This document shows positions 37,631-46,667 of a DNA stretch of 64,000 bases, piece after piece. The notes under the pieces are model-generated. The model was not told the origin of the DNA. It saw only the letters and a program-made list of their open reading frames with translations, and made no database searches. Position 1 is the first letter of the stretch. The number at the start of each line of letters is the position of its first letter. Origin of the DNA: an uncultured Acidobacteriota bacterium (GTDB lineage: Bacteria > Acidobacteriota > Thermoanaerobaculia > Multivoradales > UBA5704); contig CAVYRF010000001.1 in the NCBI GenBank assembly GCA_963770895.1, forward strand, positions 1,216,001 through 1,280,000. The letters are read 5' to 3'. The translations under genes and the position numbers were made by a program.

Positions 37631-38896
37631 ATGCCTCAAACGTTGACGGAAGAGAGTACGGTTGCCTGGAGAGTTCAAGGCACCGGTCCCGATCCGGCGC
37701 GCTTCCTGGTGATCTTCAAGAAGCTCGGCGCGGGAAAGGTCCTGCACGCGACTCTTCGCCCCGGTGAGGTGTTCCGGCGGCCGGTCTGGACTTCCGCCGA
37801 CTCTTTCGAAACCTACGCCGTGTCGGCGGACCCCAACCTGCGCCACGAGTTTCACCGCAAATACCTGTCGAGCGAGCAGACCTGGACGTTCACCCTGCAC
37901 TACAAGGTTCACTTCCGGATCGGCGACGCCGCGCGCCTGGGATTGTGCCTGTCCACCAGCGATCCGCTCGAAAGGCTGGAGGGTGAGATATCCAACCTGC
38001 TGGGCGCCACGGCGCGCCGTTACTCCTGGGCGGCGATGAAGCGCGAAGGTGAGGATTTCGGGCTGCGACTGCGCGAGGCGGAGACGACGGACGGCCTGGG
38101 GGAAGCGAAAACCAACTTCCGGCGCCTGCAGGATTTTGCCGGCACCCTGGGATTCGAGCTGCGACACCTCGACGTTCTCCGCTCGTTGACCGAGCCCGAC
38201 CTGGAGGACGAAACGACCAAGCGAACCAACCTGCGTCGCGGTGAGATCGCGCGCAGCAACCACCAGGCGGAGATGGAGGAGGAGCAGCGCAGTCACGAGC
38301 GCCAGTCGCAGCGAGACCAGCACAAGATCGAGCGGGACACCGCCATCGCCAGGTCCTCCCAAGCCTTGCAGGGGCTGGGGCGGCTGCGCCTGGTCCTGGA
38401 CACCATCGCGCGGGAAAGCAGCATCGTCATCGGGCAGGCGGCCAGCGGCGTGCACTCGTTCCCGGCGATCCAGGACGCTCTGCGCGAAGTGCAGGAGATT
38501 CAGCAGACCCTGACGGCGATGTCCGGAAACGCCGGCCCCGCCTTGATTTCGGCTGCCGCAAGCGATGCCGCCGACGGTGCCTCCGGCGCAGGCACGGTGC
38601 AGCTCAACGGGCGCCGGCCCTTGCCGCTGGAAGCCGTCGTTGCCGACGCGTGCCGCCACCTGCGCGTCCTGGACCAGAACCCGCAGGACCAGAACCGCAT
38701 CCTCGCCTCGGTGCTGCACCTGATCGCGGAGGCCGGATTGGGGGCGGAGGCCGACCAGGAGTTCCTGACCGGGCTGCAAGACGACCTCGAAGCACGGCTG
38801 GAACCCGTGCGCTCGGCACTCCCCGCGGAGACGATTCAATTCCTGGAGTCGATCCTGGTGCTCGATCGTCTCCGCGACCGGCTGTCGCAGCCCTGA
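37631..38896 (+). CDS. SPFH/Band-7-like protein with coiled coil and C-terminal helical domain
   Basis: FTLHYKVHFRIGDA..DPLERLEGEI..LL...AR..LGFELRHLDV matches the Band-7 topology, followed by a charged coiled coil. Confidence 0.65.
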   Translation: MPQTLTEESTVAWRVQGTGPDPARFLVIFKKLGAGKVLHATLRPGEVFRRPVWTSADSFETYAVSADPNLRHEFHRKYLSSEQTWTFTLHYKVHFRIGDAARLGLCLSTSDPLERLEGEISNLLGATARRYSWAAMKREGEDFGLRLREAETTDGLGEAKTNFRRLQDFAGTLGFELRHLDVLRSLTEPDLEDETTKRTNLRRGEIARSNHQAEMEEEQRSHERQSQRDQHKIERDTAIARSSQALQGLGRLRLVLDTIARESSIVIGQAASGVHSFPAIQDALREVQEIQQTLTAMSGNAGPALISAAASDAADGASGAGTVQLNGRRPLPLEAVVADACRHLRVLDQNPQDQNRILASVLHLIAEAGLGAEADQEFLTGLQDDLEARLEPVRSALPAETIQFLESILVLDRLRDRLSQP

Positions 38897-38903
38897 GCGC
38901 GTC

Positions 38904-41435
38904 ATGGACGACCCCCTGCACGACGCGCTGCCGGAACTGTCCCCGCCCCCGGCCCCGCTGCCGTTGGCGTCGCCGTCGCCGAAAGACGGGCAGCAGGCGC
39001 CGGCCGGCCAGGGTCCGGCGACGGCCGCGGACTCCTTGGCCGAGGATGGCCATCCCCGATCGCCGGCGGGGAAGGATGACCTGGGCGACGCCAATGCCTT
39101 CTCGTACACCTCGGCAGCCATCACCTCGGGCATTGTCTCGGCGGGTCACATCGAGATAGCGGGGCAGGTGTTCAAGCAGCAGTTCCATATCACCGCCGGC
39201 GCGGGCCGCATCCAGCCGGTCCCGCTGTCGACGCGACACTTCACCGCCCGCACCTCCCAGGAGCTGGAGCGCGGTGAAGAAGAGCTGATCTTCGATCCCC
39301 TGCAGGTCGGCGAGCTGAGCGCCGCGTTCGAGCAGACGCGGATCCTGATCCTCGCCGGCGAGCCCGAGGTGGGAAAGGGGACCCTGGGCCTGCAACTCGG
39401 TGCGCGGTTCAGCCGGTCGCTTGGGCTGCGGGGCATGCTCGCCTGCCAGAGGCTCGCCTCCGGCGTCCAGGTCGATCTCGAAAGAGTTGCGGACGACGCC
39501 ACCTTCGGTCACCACGTGGTGCTGTTCGAGGACGCCCTCGCGGGCGACAACTCCGATCTCAGGGCCTTTTTCAAGACCATCGATTCCCTGCGCCTGACGA
39601 CCCTCAAGGAGAGGCTCCGCAAGAGCGCCTCCGCCCTGCTCCTGACCGTCTCCTCGGCGGCGGTCGCCGAGTTCGAGCGACGCCTCGCAGGCCTGGGCAT
39701 TCTCTACCCGGTCGCCCCTCCGGCGCCGGAGCTGCTGGTCCAGGCGCTGCATCGCTTTGCGACCAACCTGGCGCAGCAGGGACCGACCAAGGCGGCGGCA
39801 CTGTCTTTTCTTGCCGCCCACGCGATGGAAGCGGCGCACGAACTGCGGACGGTGCCGCGGGCAGCTCGCTTTGTCCATGAGTACCTGGTGGACGTCGTCG
39901 AAGCCAGGGTGCCTCTCCGGCACGCTCTGGGTCGCATGGACGACCTGTCGCAGTGGTTGACCGCCGACCTGGCGGACGACCTGGACGCCCAGGCGGCCGC
40001 GCTCACCATCGTCCTCGGCTCGGCCGTGCCGCCAGCCGCCGGCGTGCCCTGGCTCGCGTACGACCAGCTGCGCCGCCGGATCACCGAGCTGCTGCGCCAG
40101 GAGCTGCGGCTTGCCGCGGACCAGCCGTCGTCGCCGCGCGAGCTTGGGCATGCCTTTCTCGACCGTGCACGTGCCACGGTCGCGGCGATGCCCGCGCCGC
40201 TGTCTCCGCTCGTCCGTTTCCGCGACGAACGCGATCCCGAGCGTCTCTGGCAAGCCCTGGTCGGGCCGGCCCGAGAGCTGGCAACGCGACTCCTGCCGCT
40301 GCTCCGCGAGCTGGCGGAGGGACCCGATGCGGAGCTGCGCGAGATCGCCGCGACGGCCCTGGGGCGGCTCGGCCTGCTCGGCCCGGCCGACCTGGCGGTG
40401 CCGCTCCTCCGGGACTGGCTCGGCACGGAACGGCAAGAGCAGCTGGGCCTTTTCCTTCTCGGCAGCGCCAACAGCGGGGAGGAAACCTACCGGGACCTCT
40501 GCCTGACCACTCTGCGCCAGCGGGCGCGCGAAGGCGGTGCCGACCAGGAGGTGGTCGCGGTGCGCTGTCTCGGCTCGCTGGGGCTGCCGGATCCGGCGGT
40601 GCCGATCGGCGAGCTCTGCATGTTTGCCCAGGAGCGCCTGCCGATCCAATTCGACCTGTTGCGCCAGGTCGAAGCGGAAATTGCCCAGAAGGCGCGAACC
40701 ATCCGCCGCCGCATCGCCCCGCACCAGGTCAGCGCGATGATGCGGGACCTGCACGAGACGGCGCACGGCCTGCTGATGGCGATCCTGGTGCCGCAAGACC
40801 GCATCCGCCTGGTGGCCGCGGTGCAATACGCCTTGGTTGGAGTCCTGCTGTCGCAAGGCGGCGATCCCGGCCCCGTCCTGCGCCAGGTGCTCACCAGGAT
40901 GGCAGCGGACAAGGGCAACCTCGCCCCGCTTCTGGCATGCATCTTCCTGCACAGGCACGGGGTCTTCGATCTCCTGGACCGCTACAAATGGACTTCCGGC
41001 GCCTGGAGCGACGAGACCAGCCGCTTTCTCCTGGCATCCAGGCCGGGCGAGCGGGACCCCCAGGCGCTCCGCGAGCTGCTGGAAGCGATTTTCTCCGCCC
41101 TGACGTCGTTCCCCGGGCTTTTCCGCTTTCTGCTCGAGCAGCGGTTCCTCGAGCTCCTCAAGGCCTGGAGCCGCGACGGCTGCGCGGCGCCCGGCCTGCG
41201 GCCCACCGTCCTGCGGCTGCTGGCGGCGCTGCGGGCCGCCCCGGACGTGGATCTGCGCCGCGCCATGGAACACTTTCTGATCGCCGATCCCGATCTCGTC
41301 GAACGCGGGTCGCGGCTCCGTGCTCTCGCCCAGGACGTGCGCGACGGCAAGGATCTGGACGCCGCTCCCGTTGCCCTGCCGCGGCCGCGCCGCCTGCCGT
41401 CCTGGCTGGGAAAGCGGCAGGCAGCGGGCGAGTAG
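38904..41435 (+). CDS. STAND-like P-loop NTPase with C-terminal HEAT/ARM-like repeats
   Basis: ILILAGEPEVGKGT (Walker A variant), VVLFEDA (Walker B), LLLT sensor strand; LLRELA..D.ELREIAATALGRL HEAT-like repeats. Confidence 0.75.
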   Translation: MDDPLHDALPELSPPPAPLPLASPSPKDGQQAPAGQGPATAADSLAEDGHPRSPAGKDDLGDANAFSYTSAAITSGIVSAGHIEIAGQVFKQQFHITAGAGRIQPVPLSTRHFTARTSQELERGEEELIFDPLQVGELSAAFEQTRILILAGEPEVGKGTLGLQLGARFSRSLGLRGMLACQRLASGVQVDLERVADDATFGHHVVLFEDALAGDNSDLRAFFKTIDSLRLTTLKERLRKSASALLLTVSSAAVAEFERRLAGLGILYPVAPPAPELLVQALHRFATNLAQQGPTKAAALSFLAAHAMEAAHELRTVPRAARFVHEYLVDVVEARVPLRHALGRMDDLSQWLTADLADDLDAQAAALTIVLGSAVPPAAGVPWLAYDQLRRRITELLRQELRLAADQPSSPRELGHAFLDRARATVAAMPAPLSPLVRFRDERDPERLWQALVGPARELATRLLPLLRELAEGPDAELREIAATALGRLGLLGPADLAVPLLRDWLGTERQEQLGLFLLGSANSGEETYRDLCLTTLRQRAREGGADQEVVAVRCLGSLGLPDPAVPIGELCMFAQERLPIQFDLLRQVEAEIAQKARTIRRRIAPHQVSAMMRDLHETAHGLLMAILVPQDRIRLVAAVQYALVGVLLSQGGDPGPVLRQVLTRMAADKGNLAPLLACIFLHRHGVFDLLDRYKWTSGAWSDETSRFLLASRPGERDPQALRELLEAIFSALTSFPGLFRFLLEQRFLELLKAWSRDGCAAPGLRPTVLRLLAALRAAPDVDLRRAMEHFLIADPDLVERGSRLRALAQDVRDGKDLDAAPVALPRPRRLPSWLGKRQAAGE

Positions 41436-41509
41436 CCGGCGACCCTACACATTTTCAGCAGGTCCGTGTCTTATGCGCTGGGGAACGCTTAGGGCAAGGA
41501 GGCTCTGCA

Positions 41510-43408
41510 ATGAGCGAAATCATCGCCGGTGCTTTGACCACGATCGACACGCGGACCCGAGGGATCGAAGCCGCCATCCCACCGATCGTGCAGGCGCTCG
41601 TCGCCATCGACTCGAAAGTGCGGACCATCGATCGCCAGGTGGATTCCCTCGCGGCGAAGCAGGGAGAGACCCGGCAGTTCCTGGCTTCGTTCTATGAGGA
41701 GTTCCACGGCTACCTCGACGACTACAAGCGGCGGACCGAGCTGCAGCTCGCCGAGACGCGGATCGTCAAAGTGCGCCAGGAGATCGAGCGCCGCTTCGGT
41801 CACCATGACGACGTGCGCCGCAGGGTGACCGGCATTTTGCAAGCCACCGACCTTGCCATCGTGCGTGCCGAGACCGTCCGCACCACCGCCGAAGAGCTGA
41901 TGCTCGGCGCGCCCCGATATTGGCTCGCGCCCGGTCTGGTCGCCCTCATGGGGTGGATCGTCGGCGAGCGCGACATGGCCGAACGCGCGCTGGCGGAAGC
42001 GCAGCGGCGGGACGCCTACAAGACCTGCCTGTTTTTCACCCTCCTCTGCCGGCGCGCCGGCCGCGCGGAGGCGATGAGCCGTTGGCTGGAGATCTATCTG
42101 CGCCTGATCGATCCCCAGGCGGTCGATCGCGAAGTGGTGGTGGTCCTCGACGCCGTCGCCACCGGCATCCTGGGCCGGGAAGCGCAGGAGGTCTTCTGGC
42201 AGACCAGCCTCGGATGGATCGAAGCCATGAACCAGGTTCCGGGACACGTGGAGACCCAGGCGCGGCGGTGGATCGCGGTTCTGGAAGCCGAACGAGGCCG
42301 CGTGGCGGCCAACGAGTTCGTCCAGCTCAGAGCCCACAGCCCCATGTGGCCGGCCCTGGCGGCCGCCCTGGTCAACGTGCGCCGCAACCCCCTGGTCGCG
42401 GCCAAATTCCGCGCGGTCGTCGAAACCGCGACCATCCTGCCGCCCACCGTCGTCTCTGCCGTCGACGGCCTGCTCGACACCATGGTCACCCGTTTCGATG
42501 ACGAAGAGCTGCCGCTGCGCACCCAGGAGCGCCTGTTGCAGCTCATCCTGGACGAAGAAGGGGACCGGCAGGCCGCCGAAGCAAAGATGGCCGTGCAGCA
42601 AGACGCCCTCCAGGAGAAGGTTTCGTTCGTCGGCCGGCTCACCGACATTCTCATGTACCCGGAGCAGGCCGGAGCCTCTGCCGCCGCGCAACGCTTCGCC
42701 GCGGCCTGCACGCGCGACTGGATCCTGGCCGCCCACCACGTGCTGGTCAAGAAGGACACCGCGGAGATCCCCCAGGACGTCGCTCTCCAGATCGGAGACT
42801 GGCACGGCACCAGCCGGGACGGCCACAACGGCCACGATCTGACCGAAAACCTCGCATCCTTCTTCGCCGCCCGCAAGGCGAACGAGTCAGCGCAGATCAA
42901 GCTGCCAACCTATGCCTGGGTGTCCCTGATCGTAAGCGTCCTCTTTGCCGCCGTGGGGCTGGCAAGCGGAGCCTCGCCAGTCTTCACCCTGGCCTTCCTG
43001 GCGATCGGCGGCCTGTTCTTTCAGATCGGCAGGCAAAGCCAGGCAAAGAGGCGGAAGCTCCTCGCCGCGGCCCTCGACGCCGAGCTCAGCAACGCCAGCC
43101 AGCTCCTTGATGCCGTTCTCGCCGACCTGGCAAGCTACTGCCGCAACTGGACCCTCGCCCACGCCGCGGCCCACGACGTAGAGCAGATCCTGCGCTCCAT
43201 CTCCCCACAAACTACCCGCTACCAGGCACCACAAGCCAACCCCGTCGCCCGCCTGACCGCCGCCACGGCCAGCAGTCGCGGCAGGGCCAGCGGCGGCGCC
43301 AACGGGGGCAACGGGGGCAACGGTACGTCTGCCCTGGCCGAGACCTTTGCGCCCTGGGATCTCCTGCCTCTCCCCGTACCGGTGCACGACGCTGTACCCG
43401 TTGCCTGA
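41510..43408 (+). CDS. Coiled-coil/helical protein with two C-terminal TM helices
   Basis: RBS aggagg; N-terminal heptads; PRYWLAPGLVAL; TMs YAWVSLIVSVLFAAVGLA and VFTLAFLAIGGLFF. Confidence 0.85.
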   Translation: MSEIIAGALTTIDTRTRGIEAAIPPIVQALVAIDSKVRTIDRQVDSLAAKQGETRQFLASFYEEFHGYLDDYKRRTELQLAETRIVKVRQEIERRFGHHDDVRRRVTGILQATDLAIVRAETVRTTAEELMLGAPRYWLAPGLVALMGWIVGERDMAERALAEAQRRDAYKTCLFFTLLCRRAGRAEAMSRWLEIYLRLIDPQAVDREVVVVLDAVATGILGREAQEVFWQTSLGWIEAMNQVPGHVETQARRWIAVLEAERGRVAANEFVQLRAHSPMWPALAAALVNVRRNPLVAAKFRAVVETATILPPTVVSAVDGLLDTMVTRFDDEELPLRTQERLLQLILDEEGDRQAAEAKMAVQQDALQEKVSFVGRLTDILMYPEQAGASAAAQRFAAACTRDWILAAHHVLVKKDTAEIPQDVALQIGDWHGTSRDGHNGHDLTENLASFFAARKANESAQIKLPTYAWVSLIVSVLFAAVGLASGASPVFTLAFLAIGGLFFQIGRQSQAKRRKLLAAALDAELSNASQLLDAVLADLASYCRNWTLAHAAAHDVEQILRSISPQTTRYQAPQANPVARLTAATASSRGRASGGANGGNGGNGTSALAETFAPWDLLPLPVPVHDAVPVA

Positions 43409-43550
43409 CTCGGAGCCTCTCCAGCTGGAACAGTGCAGCCCATCCGCGTGGTGCCGCGCAGCTGGGCCGCGCGAGCGGCGAGCCGGCTGTCGCAACCCGG
43501 CTCTGCCGCTGGAGAGCGTTTCGCAGTGGGCGTTCGATGCGTCGTGGCTG

Positions 43551-43931
43551 CTACGATGCGTCGGTAAAGTTCATGGTCATGGACCAAGGGGTTTGATTGC
43601 TGAGCGCGTAACGGAAGGCCGGCGGACCGAAGATACTCTCCTCTGTAACCCCCAGGTTCCCTGTTTCAGGCACCTGCCCCACCTCCTGCTGATAGAACTT
43701 GCGCCCGCCATCGTAATCTTTTACTTGCGAGAAGATCACGCCCATCATGCTGCTGTCGCCGGCACCATCCCAAGCGACACTGACGGTCGCTGTCTGGCCC
43801 GTGGCCAAGGTATAGACGTCTGTAGCGACCTGCCCGTTGATCAGTAGCTGTTGATCGTCCCAATTGGGGTCTCCGGCGATAAAAACCTCATGGGTCGAGT
43901 GATTGGCCGCGGTCACGATCGGCTTGCTCAT
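43551..43931 (-). CDS. Small beta-rich hypothetical protein
   Basis: RBS agggag; MSKPIVTAANHS..; alternating beta pattern; no signal peptide. Confidence 0.7.
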   Translation of the reverse strand: MSKPIVTAANHSTHEVFIAGDPNWDDQQLLINGQVATDVYTLATGQTATVSVAWDGAGDSSMMGVIFSQVKDYDGGRKFYQQEVGQVPETGNLGVTEESIFGPPAFRYALSNQTPWSMTMNFTDAS

Positions 43932-44336
43932 GAGCTCATTCTCCCTCTTCGCATCTGGATGCCTGGCCTGCACAGCTGCGCCGAGCAAGCGCCAGCTCCG
44001 GTCTGTCAACCCCAACGTCCGACCCAACGGCGTCGCGACGACCCGAGCAGATTGTACAGCGTTATCTTGTAGAAGCAATGTCAATCGACCGCTGTCCGCC
44101 GCCGCCGCCAAGCGTCGAGCCGGTTCAATTGACAATCAGCTATGGCTGAAACCTCGGCAGCTGCACGCGGGCCGGCGCGCTTACTTCTGCTCCCGCTCTC
44201 CGTACTGGTACGCGACGCCACGCCCCTTGTCTGACTCCTGTCCGCTCCCGAGGCCCCCGAACTGTCGGCGAGCGCGTGGCGGCCACCCCAGGGCGACCGA
44301 CGGAGGCGTGGGCGCCACGCTCGTCAGGGGCGCCCG

Positions 44337-44531
44337 TCAGCAGGTGCAGGTGCCGATTTCAGTGTAGTCCGGGCACTTCGGGTTGCAGAATGATCCGCCA
44401 TCGGTGACGCAGCGGACGGTGGGGCAGGCGGGAGTCTCCACGTTCCCGGCGGCGCGACGGAGATCCATCCGCTGCAGCTGCCGCAGCGTCTCGCGATAAA
44501 GGACCAGCTTCCTGGGCTGTGCTTTCCTCAC
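44337..44531 (-). CDS. RiPP (lanthipeptide-like) precursor peptide
   Basis: RBS gaggagg then GTG; leader RKLVLYRETLRQL..LRRAAG; core with 6 Cys, 6 Thr and 1 Ser. Confidence 0.75.
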   Translation of the reverse strand: MRKAQPRKLVLYRETLRQLQRMDLRRAAGNVETPACPTVRCVTDGGSFCNPKCPDYTEIGTCTC

Positions 44532-44882
44532 GATTCCTCCTCTCGCCCCGCGTGGCGGCTCGGTGTGGAGCGCGTCCCGCGGAGCCTCTCTAGGAGGAAC
44601 AGTGCCGCTCGCGTCAGGTCCCGCGCCGTGGCCGCCGCACGGCTGGGACGATCTCAGTCCGCGGCGCTGCCGAGGTGGTCGCCAAAAGCCGGCGGCAAAC
44701 AGCAAGCGGGTGCCCATGTCGCCGCCCGCAGGGCGCGCCCGCTCTACACAAAGTCGCCGTTGCGGTGTCTGCCAGTTGCGTGGCGGGCCGTGCCGCAGGG
44801 TGGGCGCGACCTTCCTAAGCAAAAGTGGTGCGCCAGGCAGGGATGGACTCTGATGGTGGCGCACGCACCGTAAGGAGGCATC

Positions 44883-46667
44883 ATGAGGTTTCAGCTTCTT
44901 CCAATGGAGAGCCGATGGGCGGCGTGGCTGGCCGCGCCGCGGTTGTGGTTGTCGGCAGCAAGGCCGCTCATCCTGGTGCTGGGCGCCCTTGCGCCGGCAG
45001 CGAACGCCTGGGCGCAATGCCCCGCGGTGGGAGACGATACCGGCTGCGGCATCGTCATCACGATCACCAATCAAGGCGCCACAGTGTCCATGACCGGCCA
45101 GGGTCCCTATGACGGCGTCGACGACACCCTTGTCGGAGTGGTCAACAACAGCACGCTGGCGGTGAGCTCCCTGGACCTGCAGTCGAGTCTTGATATCTTT
45201 GGCTTTGATGGAGACGGAATCGATACATATGGAATCGCCGGCAACGGCAACGACAACACTGGTTACGGAGGTCCGAACGCATACTTCACCAACATCAGCG
45301 CCGATCAAACCTCAGGTACGGTCAACTTCGTCACGCCTATCGCCGCCCATGGCGGTACGGCGTTCTTTTCGCTTGAAAACGCGCTGACCTCGGCCACCGC
45401 GTGCTCCTCGGTCATCAACAATGCCGTGCCGAAGCCGGGCGGTGGCGGTACGGAGATCACCACGACGTTCACCCCCAACCTCGGATACACGCTCGCGCAG
45501 GCCGCGCAGCTGTGCGGTTTTATTGAGTTCGACTGGCAGCAGACGATCCGGTCGCTGCCGTTGCCCAGTCCCTTCCTTGCCGCGGGCAGCTCGATACCCC
45601 TGCATGCGCCGCCGCCGTTCAATGACCCGCCGCCCAACGGCTATGCGTATCAGAACCCGCCAAACGCCGTGCAATTGCCGGTCTATTACAATCTGTTCAC
45701 CCCGGCCTCCAACGATCTATCTCTGGCCGCCAACGAAACTGACACGACGCTGTCGTTTTATGACAGCCCGGCCGACCCCTGTTTACCCGGCGGTAGCGGT
45801 GGATTCTGCGGCGGTATGACTGCGCCCGCGGGCAGCAAGTTGGCTTTCACCACGCACCTGGTGGGGATCGCGCGAGCGCTGCCGGGCGCGACGGTGGTGG
45901 ATACGGGAATCGGTTTCGACTGGACTGATACGTACAACGGCACGGCCGGCGGCATCGCCGTGATCAACAGCAGCATGCCGGTCGATCCCGGCAGCGGCAC
46001 GGGCGGCATCACCGTCACGGCCTACAATCCCACCTCCACGTTGCAGCCGGTGACCGTCACCTCGGTGAACGGAGGCGCGCCGGGAGCGCTGCCCAGCCTG
46101 ACCTCGGGAACCGCCTGCGACGGGGTATTCAGCGGCACCTTCACCGGCGGCATCACGGTCTTTCCTGGTCAGAACTGTACGTTCGTCGATGGCACGATCA
46201 CCGGTGACGTGCAGCAAAAAGGAGGTACTCTGGTCCTGTCCGCCGACCTGATCGGGGGCAGCATCAACGTCAAGGGCGGGTCGTTCACCTTCGATTCCTT
46301 CTCGGAAGTGCAGGGCGGCGTCGACGTGCAAAAGGCCACGGCGGTGCTCAATGCGATCTGCGACTCGACGATCTTCGGCGATTTGCAGGTCCACCAGAAC
46401 ACGTCCCCGGTCCAGATCGGCTCGTCTGCCGCTGGCTCGTGCGGGAGCAATACGCTGGTGAGCGACCTGGTGGTGTTCTCCAATAGCAGCTCAACCTCGA
46501 TCGTGGGCAACGTCGTCAGCGGCAGCCTGAACGCCTATAGTAACAGCGGTGCCACCGCGGTCTTCAGCAACAGTGTGGCGCAAAAACTTCTGTGCCAGGC
46601 AAACTCTGCGATTACCGGCGGCATGAACAACGCGGCTCAAAAGCAGGGCCAGTGCGCTGCCTTTTGA
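44883..46667 (+). CDS. Secreted Ser/Thr/Gly-rich multidomain protein with a C-terminal beta-helix-like region
   Basis: RBS taaggagg; signal peptide ending ANAWA-Q; paired Cys; GxxxVxG repeats. Confidence 0.85.
   Translation: MRFQLLPMESRWAAWLAAPRLWLSAARPLILVLGALAPAANAWAQCPAVGDDTGCGIVITITNQGATVSMTGQGPYDGVDDTLVGVVNNSTLAVSSLDLQSSLDIFGFDGDGIDTYGIAGNGNDNTGYGGPNAYFTNISADQTSGTVNFVTPIAAHGGTAFFSLENALTSATACSSVINNAVPKPGGGGTEITTTFTPNLGYTLAQAAQLCGFIEFDWQQTIRSLPLPSPFLAAGSSIPLHAPPPFNDPPPNGYAYQNPPNAVQLPVYYNLFTPASNDLSLAANETDTTLSFYDSPADPCLPGGSGGFCGGMTAPAGSKLAFTTHLVGIARALPGATVVDTGIGFDWTDTYNGTAGGIAVINSSMPVDPGSGTGGITVTAYNPTSTLQPVTVTSVNGGAPGALPSLTSGTACDGVFSGTFTGGITVFPGQNCTFVDGTITGDVQQKGGTLVLSADLIGGSINVKGGSFTFDSFSEVQGGVDVQKATAVLNAICDSTIFGDLQVHQNTSPVQIGSSAAGSCGSNTLVSDLVVFSNSSSTSIVGNVVSGSLNAYSNSGATAVFSNSVAQKLLCQANSAITGGMNNAAQKQGQCAAF

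Noticed and set aside
39953-41509. N-terminal extension making a 1151-aa protein
   Set aside because: It overlaps the STAND gene out of frame; the real start is ATG 41510 with an aggagg RBS.
33584-43408. Canonical Zorya type I or II
   Set aside because: No SF2 helicase (ZorD) or HNH nuclease (ZorE) motifs are visible. Type III partners cannot be excluded without HMMs, but the CHAT/SPFH/STAND set does not fit them.
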